This document shows, in pieces, positions 25,579 to 38,415 of a DNA stretch of 64,000 nt (the stretch's first letter is position 1; each line of letters opens with the position of its first letter). The stretch covers positions 68,200,001 to 68,264,000 of the forward strand of contig OX597823.1 of NCBI GenBank assembly GCA_951406725.2, written 5' to 3'. The stretch is from Octopus vulgaris (lineage: Eukaryota). The notes beneath the pieces are model-generated. The model was not told the DNA's origin and made no database searches. It was given only the letters and a program-made list of their open reading frames with translations. The position numbers and the translations under genes were made by a program.

Positions 25579-25644
<66 letters not shown>
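25579..25644. repeat. Perfect (GA)33 microsatellite
   Basis: Directly visible. Confidence 0.97.
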
Positions 25645-25646
<2 letters not shown>

Positions 25647-28214
25647 CTAGTTATATTAAGTATACTGAATCATCTTGAAAGAATTAGACATGAAATTCAA
25701 TGACATGTCTATCATAGAACAGAATTTACTTCCTCTCATCCTTAGTTCAAACCATAACTTTACATGACATCCCTATACAGCCATTGCATAAGAATAAAAC
25801 TGCTTCATCTGACTATGTCTCTACTGCATAGATACTAGCTTTAAGTTTATTCAAGAAACCATTTTTTAAAAATTATTGTTTATTGTATTTGATTGTATAC
25901 ATTTTGACTAAACAGTTGTTCCTGATTAACCTAAGATCAACCTTGAAAGAGTAGACCTAAAGTAAATAATGTTTTGGCATCTTTGTATATCTGGGACCAA
26001 TTTGGCCTTTATTTTCAAGAATATAGAATGTGATTCTGAAGTAATTTAGCTGTAATTTTTAGCAAATTTAGTGATTACAAAGAAATCAGGGCTCCACATA
26101 ATAATTGCAATAGGGATCAGTTGATTTTTATCGGTTTAATTTTTGAGTGGCTAGTAAAAGGTGCATGAAGAGTAGTTTTAAAGTATTTGACTTTACATAT
26201 TAGAGAAGAGTCATTATTTTAATGCCAACCATCTCTGTAGAGAATTAAAATTTAATGAGTAAAGCAAGAGGACACATCTACATGAAAACTGCTATAACTA
26301 TAGCAGAATGAATAATAAAAATGAACTTATGACAAAAAATGAAAAAGCAGATTACACATATACATATATATTAGAGGTGAATGATTGTAGAGATATTTTG
26401 GAAATTAATGGCAACAATAACATGTGTTGGTTTTACAAACAATAGCTGTAGCAACAGTAGTAGCAATGGCAATAGCAACTGACAACAATCGAATCCAGAA
26501 CAGTGCAAACAAATGTTGCAAAAACAAAATCATGTAGGGATATGCTTGACATTTACTTTCACATTTCTCCTTCTGTTAAATGGTCAGGAGAAATGTCTGA
26601 CCCACCGTTAAACCAAAATGTTAACAAATGTAAAAGAAAACTGTTCCTCTACATATATGGTTAATAATTTAACATATTTGTGTGTGCTGATTTAACCACC
26701 AAAATCAAATTGATGTAAAGTTGCTATATAGATATACAAGTGTACATATTTCTGTTGTATTTCTTTTCTCTTGTTTACCTACTTTGTTTTTCATATAAGC
26801 TATAGTTTGTCTTGCATATGATATGTTTAATAGAACTAGCATGCTGTTTACAAAAAAAAAAAAAAAAAAAATTTAATACAGATTTTTTTCTGTTTTGCTT
26901 AGCTGGGTTTCAAAAAATATTTTGACTTCTTAGTCTTTGAAAAGCTGGAGCAGACACTTAAGCAATCCATCAAACAAACAATTTGGAGAGAAAAGAAGAG
27001 ACTCCTGATATTTTCATGGTTGGATGATGGGGGAGTGTAGTGACACACAAAAATATGTGTGAATATAATGGCAGTGACATCAGTGATAGTAACAGAAAAT
27101 GTTCATTTGCTTAAATGACAGCTGACTCAAACATGTGATGTACATTCAAATAAAAGAGATTAAATCCTTCATCATCTCTTTGAGTATTAAAATATTGAAA
27201 GACATCTTAAACAAAGTTTCCAATATTAACATGGTAATTTCTCTTTCTGAGAGAAACCAAGGAGAATAGAAACCATTCTTATACAAAATCTGAAATATGC
27301 TTGAAAGAAACACGCGTCTTAATAAGAGGCCACAGAGAAAAAGTAAAAGTATAGAACAGTGAAAATAGGCAAAGAATGATAGTTTGATAAGGCAACAGAT
27401 AACTTCTGTGTCTCTTTGCTCTTAAGTTAGCACATACAAAAGCTAAGCATATTGCAAATCAAAATGATTGAACCAAAATATAGCTGGTGAGTGTGAGCTT
27501 AGACAAAGTGATTATCATGGATTCAATGAATTTCAGTGAAATTATGGTGGTGCTGTCTATCTGGAAGTGTATAAAATGGAAACTGTGAAAAAAAAAAAAA
27601 AAAAGGAAACATTGGAGCAGGTTCACATGCAAGTTGGCATTAGCCAAGGGACTAATGAAAGCAGTATTAAGTTGCTTAGTAGGCTGATTAATTCCAGATT
27701 TACTGTTTGATGGAATAAAAAAAAAAAGCTCAGCAAAAGCAGTTAGAGAAAATCAGGCAGAGCTGGTAAACACTCACATCATTTTATTGGTCTATTTCTG
27801 CCAAACTCTCTTAGGGAACATCTGGATAAATAAAAACATGCCTTTGCTGTGTTTGCATTTTTTTTTCTTAAAAAAAGGGTCAATGTCTATGCATAAAAGA
27901 TCCCTCTATTTATAATGTTCTGTTTGTAAATGTGTAAATATACACTATGAAACTGTGCCAACAACAGTTCTAGTGAGTAAGATGACAGTTTTCTTCAGCA
28001 ACACACTCTCAGCAATACAACTGAAGTTTTACCACACTGAAGCAATGAATCATTATTGTACTTATTTACAAGCCATTTCTGGGTACCTTTGTACTGTGCT
28101 TAATAAATCATTATGATTAAGTCTATATAAAAGAAGAACAGCTATAACAATGATGATAATAGTGATGATGATGATGATGATGATGACGATGAGGATGATG
28201 ATGATCCATTCTGC

Positions 28215-28380
28215 TATATTTACAAGTCCTGAAATTTTGTGGGGAGGAGTAAATTTATTACATCGCCCCTGCTCAACTGGCAATTATTTCTTTAACTCTG
28301 AAAGGATGAAAAGTAAAGTCAAACAAGAAATGCTGCCATGCATTTTGTCTGGCAGACAGATGATCCTGCCAGCTTTCACC
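28215..28380 (-). mobile_element. SINE family A between (ATG)n/(ATA)n tracts
   Basis: CCTGAAATTTTGTGGGGAGG...GCTCAACTGG...GAAAGGATGAAAAGTAAAGTC...GATCCTGCCAGCT, the reverse of the family consensus. Confidence 0.75.
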
Positions 28381-28407
28381 TTAATAAAAATAATAAAAAT
28401 GATAATG

Positions 28408-28441
<34 letters not shown>

Positions 28442-28489
28442 TGATGATGATGATGATGATTTCATTTGCCACAAGGGTGAAGGATAAGG

Positions 28490-28985
28490 GGGACAATACA
28501 AAAACAGACATAAAGTGTGGGAATTTACATATAATGAGATGATAAAAAGAAAGAAAGAAGTATACTCTGAAAAAGAAGGGACATATGCATAGCATACAAA
28601 GGTTTAAAATAAGTGGCAGGGAAGATGATAGCGATGTGGCCTTCCTGATACAGGAAGGCCTCTAGAGATAATTGAGGAACCCCACTGTCTGAGATTTCTC
28701 TGAAACCCCAGGGACAAGTGTCTTCTCCAAGTCCTTCTCTCCGGCTCACAGGTCCACTCTTGCCATTTTCACAACTTTCACCCACCTTTCAATAAACTCA
28801 CTCGAAGATAGCACTTCCTTCTCCACTCTCAATTTCCTTTTCAAGTGAAACTTGAAGAAGTCAATGAGAGCTCTACTGAAACAAAATGTATCTGTCCTCA
28901 TGCCTTTCAGCCTTGTCCACCAAACAACCTCTTTGACCAAAGCCACCAGGCAAAGGAAAACTACCTTGCTTGCCCAATTGAAAGA
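28490..28985 (-). mobile_element. L1/Tx1-clade LINE 3' end (ORF2 C-terminus plus 3' UTR)
   Basis: Minus ORF ...VVFLCLVALVKEVVWWTRLKGMRTDTFCFSRALIDFFKFHLKRKLRVEKEVLSSSEFIERWVKVVKMARVDL* has the L1/Tx1 C-terminal pattern (K..IW..R...F...W). It is followed by a GC-richer 3' UTR with a stem-loop. Confidence 0.7.
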
Positions 28986-29019
28986 GAAAAATATTATTAT
29001 TACTATTCTTTTATCTCAA

Positions 29020-29515
29020 GTTTTGTTGGAGCTCCTAGAGTCTTGCATCTATAGCAGGCTTGCTACCTGCAGCCTACCGTAACATGCCATCTATTCTTTC
29101 CAACTATCTAATACTTTCCAGATTATTCTGGATGTGTCAAGGAGGCAAAACTTTTGTAACAGTTCTACTGGGCAATCTATTCCAATTTCCTTTGTATTCC
29201 TCTTGATGCCTTCTGATACTGTCCCCAAGGACCCAACAATATTTGACACCATCTTCATCTTCTTCATTTTTCATGGTCAAGCTATCTTGTATTTAAGAAG
29301 GTTGTATATGTCTATTTTGGCATCTTCCTTCTTGACTATTCATGTGTCAAAGAGGCATGCAACATCAATTATAGAGCACATGTGGTTCACTTTGTCCACC
29401 ATTTCTAGGCCTGGTTTGTTGTGCCTAAGCACCTGGCCTGTTTGGATTGGGAAACCTCGCAGGATTTTGTAGGTCTCTGACTCCTCCACTTACTGTGGTT
29501 TGTGCTCATACCGTG
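29020..29515 (-). mobile_element. R4/Dong-clade LINE relic, REL endonuclease domain
   Basis: Minus translation YEHKPQ*VEESETYKILRGFPIQTGQVLRHNKPG...CSIIDVACLFD...KKEDAKID.Y...IVGSLGTV...IGIDCPVELLQKFCLLDTSRIIWKVL, matching the REL motifs (WDF.IQTD..I.HN.PD, IID...P.D, K..KY, IGALG). Confidence 0.85.
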
Positions 29516-30444
29516 TCTTAATAATCATTTTGATTATTAGTGTTGTGACTCAGTAGCAAGAAAACATCTTTCAAAACATTTTATTCAAACATTACGAAAT
29601 GGAATTTTCTTTGGAGTATAACTATAATTAAATAAGAAAGATTATCCTTGACACCCAGGTTTAGACAACAGATAAAAAGGGGTTTGTTTCACTAACATTT
29701 AAAAATTTTACTTGCATTATATTTTCACATCCAAATAAGGCCATCACACATAATTATTCCACATGACAAAACATCAAATCGTTATATAAAAAAACAAACT
29801 TGAAACTGAAAGCTGAATGTATGAGAGGAAAAAGAAAATTAATACTTTAGTGAAGGTTTTATCGAAGAAAATGTCCCTAATACAGTGACAACAACAGCAA
29901 AAGTTGTATTTAATCTGGCACAATTTCAAATGCTATGGTTTATCTATATAGTAGCTGTGTGAAGTTAAACCTGCTCTTGATACAGTTTGAACAGATGGAA
30001 TTTTAAAATCTCTCTCAGTTAGAAGAGAAAAACAATACAGATAGGATTTTGTAAAACCCAATGGAATTTCTTTGCTTCAAAAAACTCCAAGAGAAGCAAA
30101 GAGAAATACTGCATACCTCAGGTTATAAAAAGATGAGAAAAAATTTAAAATTCCTTCATGGTACAAGCTCTCAAAGACATAATGAGAGAAGTTATCTTAA
30201 ATGGAAAAACAAAAGTTATGGTACTATTTTTGCTGTACCTTTAAAATTAAAGATGCAGTTAAAACACAGGACAAAATTGTCAAATATATAACACAGGTTA
30301 CATATTTGTGGCCCAGTACATAGGTCAAAACATAAGAGTCATAAGAGATGCTGGACATTACACAGACCATTGTTAGTAGTTTATTTTGTGTTGCTGCATG
30401 GAAAGCGGTCAAAGCAGGTTTACTGAAAGGTGATCAGAGATCAA

Positions 30445-30835
30445 GAGACGTCAAAATGGATTTGTAAGTCCTAATGACATACAAAGGCCACAGAGCAATA
30501 CTGAAACTATGCCCAGTAGAAAGCACCAAGACAAAGGGCATGCAGTTAATGATATAGGGCTGACAGTATAGTGGTTACATTTATTGGAGTGAAGCACTCC
30601 AGAACTGAAAACCTAGAAGAACTGAGGAAATGAAGTAAAAACAAGGGAAATGAAAGTAATATAGAGCAATAGCAACAACAAAAGAAGAACAAAACCTAGT
30701 TTCCAGAGTACTAGTAGACAAAACTCTTGAAGTAAAGGAAATGTCTTTAGGCCTAGACGAGGAAACACTTTGTTCCTTACAGTATCAGCCTGTAGTACAA
30801 CTCCTTCACTGTGTGGTGATGAAATGAAGAAAAAT
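30445..30835 (+). repeat. Unclassified repeat copy, inverted relative to 32640-32985
   Basis: Collinear shared blocks with the reverse complement of 32640-32985: TCCTAATG, AGCAATAC, TAGTGGTTACATTTATTGGAGT, AAAAACAAGGGAAATGAAAGTAATATAGAGCAATAGCAA, GGAAACACTTTGTTCC. Confidence 0.7.
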
Positions 30836-31484
30836 GATAATTATGGATGAAAATTCCCAAATGTTCTGTAAAAACACAAAGGGAACAAAAAGTGGGGAAT
30901 TCAGAGAAAAAGAAAACTTGGCATAAAACAACAAAATTAACCATTAGGACAGCTTTCAGATAACAATCTTCTACCTTATTAAATGCCTTGGATGAATCTA
31001 AATTAAAGCTGACATTTTGTCAATGGCATTCTAATCATAATCATCCTTACTCGTTTTCTGAGACAAGCTTGCAAGACTACGTAGTCCAATATCTATTTCT
31101 TTATGTAAGATTGTAGGGTGTGATTTCATTGAGGATAGCAGGGGGATATTAAAAATATACTAATATACTAAAAGCAATTAAATTCTTTTAGTGTATGACT
31201 GGTATTACTTTATAAGTTCTAAAGTTTATGATTTTATAAAATTCTAAATCTATGTCAGATTAATAATATGAATTCCATTCTTAGGTGCAAAAGCACAAAT
31301 TTTGGCAAGGCAAAAATCAGTTATATTGGTTCTTGTATATGATTAGTATTCTATTTTATTTACTCTAGAAGGATGAAAGGTACAATTTGATCACATAGAA
31401 TAAAGAGATGTAACTAATTACTATGAGCATTTCGACCAGTATTTTACAGATATCAATACTACTTTTACTAAAACAGTTGTGGCT

Positions 31485-31715
31485 TTTGTAATTTAGTCCA
31501 AGATCAACTCTGATTGAACATGTAATCATATGATCAAAGGCATTCCAACCAGGACAAATCTATTTTTTATTCAGACACAATGTATACAGTGCCATATACC
31601 CTACAAATCATACCCTACCATATTATTTTTAAAACTGTAGGGTATGATTTGTAGAGTATTTGGCTGGTATTTCTAGCTGATCAAGCAACAAAACAGAAGC
31701 ATTTTTTGTTGACTC
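31485..31715 (+). mobile_element. Dispersed repeat family D
   Basis: TTTAGTCCAAGATCAACTCTGATTGAAC...TGATCAAAGGCATTCCAACC...GTAGGGTATGATTTG...TTTGGCTGGTATTTCTAGC. Confidence 0.7.
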
Positions 31716-32639
31716 ATCAATTGAATGGTTTCCTTCATGAGTAAAAGTTCAAGCTTTTAAAATAATACAAATGTGACATTGTAATGTGTACACTTTTCTT
31801 AAAAGTGTCATGAGGATTTCCAACAGTAAGATAAAAAACAAATAATTTGGTGATATGTTACCATTATTCGATCATATTCACCATAATCGTTATAGTAATA
31901 ATCATTTCTTTATTAGACACAAAGACTTGAAGGATTTAGAAAACATGAAACTTTCATTAAGGATTTCAAAGAAAAAGAGGATGATATAGAGTGTGGAAAA
32001 GAAATACATTTGGAAATTATAAAGGGAGGTGCTATGTGATGTTTTAGAATATATATGGAATGATGTATTAAGAATTTTAAAGGTGCTCATATGCACACAT
32101 ATAAACACATATACATGAAAATATTAAAAAAAAGTGCAATGAAATACACAAAATTAAAATGAGATATAATTTAAAGATATAAAATATGACTAATTTTTCT
32201 GGCTTGGTTAAGTTAAATATTAAACAGCCCTGTTCTCTTAACCATCTCTCAATTAAATGCTCATGTAAGCATGTTTTGAGACAACTGGTGCTGAAAGACA
32301 CCAATATTTTGAGAATAATCTTTTTTATTTTTGATAGACTTAATTTTAATATTTTTGTATGCTGTTAATATTTTTGCATGTAGTTTATATGTCATTCTAA
32401 CTTTTTGAGACTCTGAAGAACCAGAGATGTGTAATTTTTGCCTATTAATGACTTGTTTCATTTTCAAAGAATAGTAAATATTAGTTCATCTACATCTTCT
32501 GCATTTTCTTCATCATTTTCCCGAGGAAGTATTTTGCTGTCATTTAGAAGTAATTGTTTCCCTCGCCTATTTTGTTGCGTTATGTGATTCCCCCCCCCCC
32601 ACCGCCACAATTTTTACCTTTGTATTTTATCTATAATTA

Positions 32640-32985
32640 TTTCTTCCTCATCACATGATGAGAATGTGGCAATACAGATTGGTATTGTTAGGGAACAAAG
32701 TATTTCCCTATCTATTTGTGATACTGAGTCTAACAACATTTCTTTTGCTCTTCCCAGAGTTTTGCTGTTGCTCTTTATTATTTTCATTTTCCTTGTTTTT
32801 CCTTAATCATCCCAGTTCTGAATAATAAACTGAGGGATGTTTTACTCTAACAAATGTAACAACTAGGCCTTCTACTCTGTATGATCAATTTTAAGCTCTG
32901 CCGTGGCAACTTTTAGTGGGTAAATTATGGTATTGCTGGGATCTTGGTGGTGCCATTAGGATATCTGTTCACATGTCACATCTCA
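32640..32985 (-). repeat. Unclassified repeat copy, partner of 30445-30835
   Basis: Its reverse complement aligns collinearly with 30445-30835. Confidence 0.7.
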
Positions 32986-33501
32986 TTAAGCTTTGTTTAA
33001 CTGCTCATCCATGCAGCAACATGCACATGCACACTCACATACACAAAATAGACAACTACTAACCATGGGTCAACATCATGTCTAATGTCTTTTATTGTGA
33101 TTCTTGTGTTTCTTTAACCCATAGACTGAGGCAGGTACAAATGTATAGCCAGAGGATTGTCTGACGATTTCAGTCTGATTTTGATTGTGTTTTTAGTTTT
33201 GAAGGTGCAGCAAATAGTGCTTTAACTTTTGCCTTTTCCAACTGAGATAATCTCTCCTTTGTTTCTAAGAGCTTGTAGTGTCACTTTTCTAGAGGGAAAA
33301 TTTAATGTATGGCCTTCCTAACTCCCACCACTTTACACAGTGTACTGAATGCTTTTTATGTGGTCACATTTGGAACTGATTTTACAGTCCCAAATGATGA
33401 GAAAGTCTATATGAGAGGAAGAGGAAAAAGGTTAACAAGTAACATCTAAGTTAGGAATTTTCCTTTTCCAACAGTTTAACCTGTTGGGTGTATATGAAAT
33501 A

Positions 33502-33532
<31 letters not shown>

Positions 33533-33559
33533 TATGATAATAATAATAATAATCCTTAT

Positions 33560-33800
33560 TGTTATCAGAGCATTGGGTTCAATACCACCCAATCTGAAAA
33601 AACATCTGAAAACCTTAGAGATACCCCACATTCTAGAAGTATTTCAAAAGTCAGCATTACTTGGAACTGCATGCATATTGTGTAAAGTACTGTCTGTCTG
33701 AGGTCCTTGTTGTGACTTGACAAACAGTATAAACCCTCGGTAGACACAATATCTTCAATCAACAACCTTACGATTTTGTATACTGTGCGACGTGTATAAT
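33560..33800 (+). mobile_element. R4/Dong LINE 3' end inside (TAA)n
   Basis: VIRALGSIPPNLKKHLKTLEIPHILEVFQKSALLGTACILCKVLSV* followed by a short 3' UTR, with (TAA)n on both sides. Confidence 0.85.
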
Positions 33801-33829
33801 AATAATAGTAGTAATAATAATGGTTTTTG

Positions 33830-34160
33830 ATTTAGGAACAAGACTAGCAATACTGAAAGGAGGGAGTAATCAATACTATCCACCCTAGTACTACATTTTG
33901 TTTTATTGATTTTTACAAGATTTGAACTCAGAATGAAAAATGTCAGGAGAAATTATATGTGGGTTTCTTCTTAATACTAACATTTCTGCCAACCCACCAC
34001 CCTAATAATAATAATTTTCGCTTCAAGCTCAGGCACAAGGCCAGCAATTTCAAAGGTAGGACATGAGTTGATAACATTGATTCAATACTTTACTGATACT
34101 TTATTTTATTGACCCAGCGATGATGGAAGGCAAAGTTGATCTTGGCAGGATTTGAATTAA
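33830..34160 (-). mobile_element. Two tandem SINE family A copies
   Basis: GATTTGAACTCAGAATG...TTCTGCCAACCCACCACC (head) and GGCACAAGGCCAGCAATTT...TTTATTGACCC...GATGGAAGGCAAAGTTGATCTTGGCAGGATTTGAA. Confidence 0.75.
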
Positions 34161-35600
34161 TATTAATAAAATTAATGATGATAAAGAACAATAATTTATA
34201 AATTCACTACTTGAATACTAAGTAATGATTAACCCTTATAAATATCTTGTAAGTAATCACATGATATAAATGCATAAAAAGATACTAGTGACTAAAGACA
34301 TGCACGTAAATAGTTGATAATTATTGCTTTACTTAATCTGAGCATTTCATGTTGATGGTAAACAAAAAGATGTAAAACAAAGGAATGATAATAATGTGGT
34401 GAATGTGGTGATGATAACGGTTATGATGATGATACTGACTGAGATGATCATGATAATGTTGAAGATGAAAATGTATTAGAAAAATATTCCCAATAGTTTA
34501 GCAGTTGAAGAATCAATAGAAGCTGACATGTACACGGCAATACCACATCAATATATCTTTATATCATTCCTTTAAAATAATGCTATTTTGGACTTGCACT
34601 GTGGAAACTTTCCTTAAGCAACACTTATCTGAAACTAATGCTTTTTCATAGCATGTTCTATAGTGTCCTTTCACACCTCAAGCAGTGGGTAAACAAATGT
34701 GAGAAGAATTTTCCTGAGATTTCTTCCAGTTTTAAGCAGGATTCCTTTCTTCTTTTGTTAAAATGCTTTGACACTTAATGGAAAAAGAAGTAGGAAATCC
34801 TGGTTCATAAAATTATGTGAACAATATATCATAAAGGTTGGTTTTATAAAGGGACTAAGTGGAAAGGTTATATTACAAGAATTCACAATTATGTCACATC
34901 ATTGAAACTGAAGGAAAATGTTTAAAAGCACAACAAAGATTGACAAATCATGAAATTTTCCTTTGTGAAATTGTAATCTTTTAGACAATAAATAGATTTG
35001 TGCTTGTATATGTACATAGGAAATACTGCACATGTCAATATGAATATATGTTAGAACGACAATATATGTAAGAGTTTATTTTGTGTGTGAACCTGTGCTA
35101 TTTTCAGTATGCACTTGCAAAATCATGTGCATGTGTAGATGCATGCATGTGTAAGAATGATATTGTGTATGCATGCATGTGACAGAAAAAGTGTGTACAA
35201 TTGTATATCTATCTATATATATGTGTGTGTGTGTGAGTATATTTTATATGGGAATCAGTATCAATACTCAGTGTGTACTTGTAAATATAAGCATGCATGA
35301 CTATCTGTATGCTATTTATTAAACAGTATCTATGATAGCTACATTAATGTATGCATGTAAGTACAGTATTTTCGTCATGTTCATTGCATTATCTGATAAC
35401 ATTTATATGTGAATATTTTTACACATATCAATGCTGAATATAACGTCATACATATTTTACTCACAACCTTTGTTATTGTGTATATTGATATTTTTGTATA
35501 TTGTACTATTATGCTATTATCTTCTACATTTGTTACTAAACACATTAGTATGCTTTTTGTATAATCTTCTGTAAAGCATGTGTGCATTGTATAATATAAA

Positions 35601-35636
<36 letters not shown>

Positions 35637-36394
35637 GCGTACATACACTTTGTTCTCTTATATATACAAGGAGGAAGAATGAGAGAGAGAGAGAGAGGAA
35701 ATATATATATATAGTGACAGAGAGAGAGAGAGAGAGAAAGCTTAACTGTCAAAAGATTGAATAATTTACAATTTATGTAACATCTCTCAATATTATTTCA
35801 TTTTACATTTTCAAGTATTTTGCAGACTATTTCTAAACTTTTGAAGAAAAAAATTTTCTCTCCTTTTCTTTGTAAAACTTTAGTACAAATATTAGAATAG
35901 AATTTCAATGCTAACAAATCTATTTCTAGGGTGATAAACAAGTAAGATTATTTCACAGTAGTATTTCAAATATTGAGACAAAAAAAATGTAAAAAGTAAA
36001 AAAGAAGCAATTATTATGATTACTCACAATTTTCTATATTTCTTAGCAATTTAAATAATTAAATAGTGGAAATGAGATATTAAAAAAGAAAAAAAATTTG
36101 CACATGCTGAAGAATAAAAAAAAATTCAGGACATGTTGTACATAGATTTGGAAGATGAGTATGGTCACATCCTCACACAAAAAAGAAGACATTGGTATAA
36201 CCAGAAAAATACAACAGTAGTCATGTACATTTTAATTTCTAGATATAATTTGATGTACTCATTCATTTGATAATCAGTATATCGGATAACTGATGTTAGC
36301 AACACACTGAAGTATCCTCTGTATAGTTATTCAACATGCAAGAAATACCAGCCAAATTTCTCTAAAACCACACATAATAGTTTTAGATACTATC

Positions 36395-36655
36395 TTTTAT
36401 TTTTTATTTGTTTCACTCACTGGACTGCAGCTATGCTGGGGCACCAACTTGAAAGGTTTAACCAAATTGCACTCAGTATTTATTTCTTTTTAAAGCCTGG
36501 TATTTATTTTATTGGACTCGTTTGGCTGAACCACTAAGTTCTGGGGATGTAAACAAACCTACACTGGTTGTCAAATGGTGATGGGAACAAATACAATACA
36601 AAGATACATACACATACATACATACTTATACATACACACACACACACATATATAT
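36395..36655 (-). mobile_element. SINE family B, 3' half
   Basis: TTGTTTCACTCACTGGACTGCAGCTATGCTGGGGCACC...GGCTGAACCACTAAGTT...ACTGGTTGTCAA, then a (CA/TA)n tract. Confidence 0.75.
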
Positions 36656-37514
36656 GGCAAATGAAAGATGGAAGATGGAATATATGAAAATATATTATTA
36701 ATCAAGACAATTGTTTTCGACACATCTAGCAACAATCCCTCATGGGTGGGACACTCAAGAATTGATACAGGAGCATCCGGCAGTGCAGATGTATCTCGTC
36801 TGGTGATAAATAGATACAACTCATTAAAATAACAGTTCTGCAATGTAACTTCTCATTTGGTAGAAAGAAAAGCAGCCAGACGGAGGAAACGGAGGAAATA
36901 TCTTCATTTATATAGAAGATCAAAAATAAAATCACAGATGGAAAAGAGAAACGAACATGCAATACAGTGAGAAAAGTATTAAAAACAACTGTTAATAAAT
37001 ATGGATGTATAAATGCTCTCAGGCAAGCTGCATGGCATCAGTACACTTGCTCATACAAGCATCTGCTAAAATGTGATCATATGCACATGCAAGGTTTGGT
37101 GCACTCATGATCAGAAAGTGAGATAACTATCTACTTGGTGTTTGTAAGAATGGGGAGGTTAAAAGTAAACTTCAGTCATCCATATCTTAAAGTAAATTAA
37201 ATTATGTTAATGGTTACTCAAAATTCATTCTCACTGCATTGTGTGAAAATACATTTATATGCGTGTAGGCATCTCAAGAGTCTTTCAGAAATTCTATTAA
37301 TGATCTTCTTGTTAGTCCACATGATAGACAGGGATTCCTTGGAGCAGAGACAGCACCTCCTAGAAATTATATCGTATGGCTTTATGCACCTTACTATGGA
37401 CCAAGTTATGCTGTACTTTATTTTATCCTTCAGTCGCCAAAATCTGCCAAAGATGTTGAATGTTTCTTACTGATTGTCTTAAGGCTGGCAACATGGTTAC
37501 GATAATGATTCTTA

Positions 37515-37576
37515 AATGAATCAGCTGTCTGCATAATATAAACATAATGAATCAGCCATCTGCATAATGTAAACAT
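37515..37576. repeat. 31-bp tandem duplication
   Basis: AATGAATCAGCTGTCTGCATAATATAAACAT / AATGAATCAGCCATCTGCATAATGTAAACAT. Confidence 0.9.
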
Positions 37577-38004
37577 ATGGCCCTCCCCTCGTGTGCACTG
37601 TACATTTATGTACAAGATTTGTACTCATACAGAGATTCAGCAAAGAACATTTTGATTTTTCTCTGCATGAGCATTTATCATATTTATTTGTATATAAGGC
37701 AATCTCGACTCCATTTACTGGCATTGTTACCATGTTATCTGTATCATAAGTATTTCTACTACTATGATTTGTTCATAATTGGTGTTCATCTTTGCAGTAT
37801 ACATCTTTTGGTTAGTATTTAGATGCATATGTTTGCTAGATCCAGTCGGTGGGTTACTGAATCTTTGCTGCATGTTGCTATTGTTTATGTGATGCATAAG
37901 CTGCTCTAAATTAGCAGGGTTGGTGTAGGATACCTTCACGGAGTGCCAATTAAAAATATATACATATACATGTATATGTGTATGTGTGTGTGTGTGTGAG
38001 TATG

Positions 38005-38196
38005 TGTCTGCTTCCCAACCACATGGTTCTAGATTCAGTTCCACTGTGAGACACCTTAGGCAGGAGCCTTCTACTATAGCCTCAGACTAACCAACTCTCT
38101 GTGAGTGGATTTGGTAGACAGCATGTATGTGTGTATGTATATATATATATATATATATGTGTATATGTATATCCATGACTGAAACATGTAAAAGTG

Positions 38197-38200
<4 letters not shown>
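38005..38200 (+). mobile_element. SINE family B, internally deleted
   Basis: CTTCCCAACCACATGGTTCTAGATTCAGTTCCACTG...TTCTACTATAGCCTCAG...GTGAGTGGATTTGGTAGAC...ATGACTGAAACATGTAAAAG. Confidence 0.8.
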
Positions 38201-38240
<40 letters not shown>

Positions 38241-38259
38241 TATACACACATACATACAT

Positions 38260-38415
38260 GATGGATTTCTTTCACTTTCAGTCTACTACACTCCTGCTCA
38301 CAAGGCTTTGGTTGACCTAGGGCTATAGTAGAAGACACACATGCTCAAGGTGTCACACAGTAGGACTTTTCCCAGAACCATACAAACTTCTTATCACACA
38401 ATGATGCCTGTGCCC
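38260..38415 (-). mobile_element. SINE family B, 5' half
   Basis: CTCACAAGGCTTTGGTTGACCTAGGGCTATAGTAGAAGACAC...CAAGGTGTCACACAGTAGGAC...GAACCAT. Confidence 0.8.
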
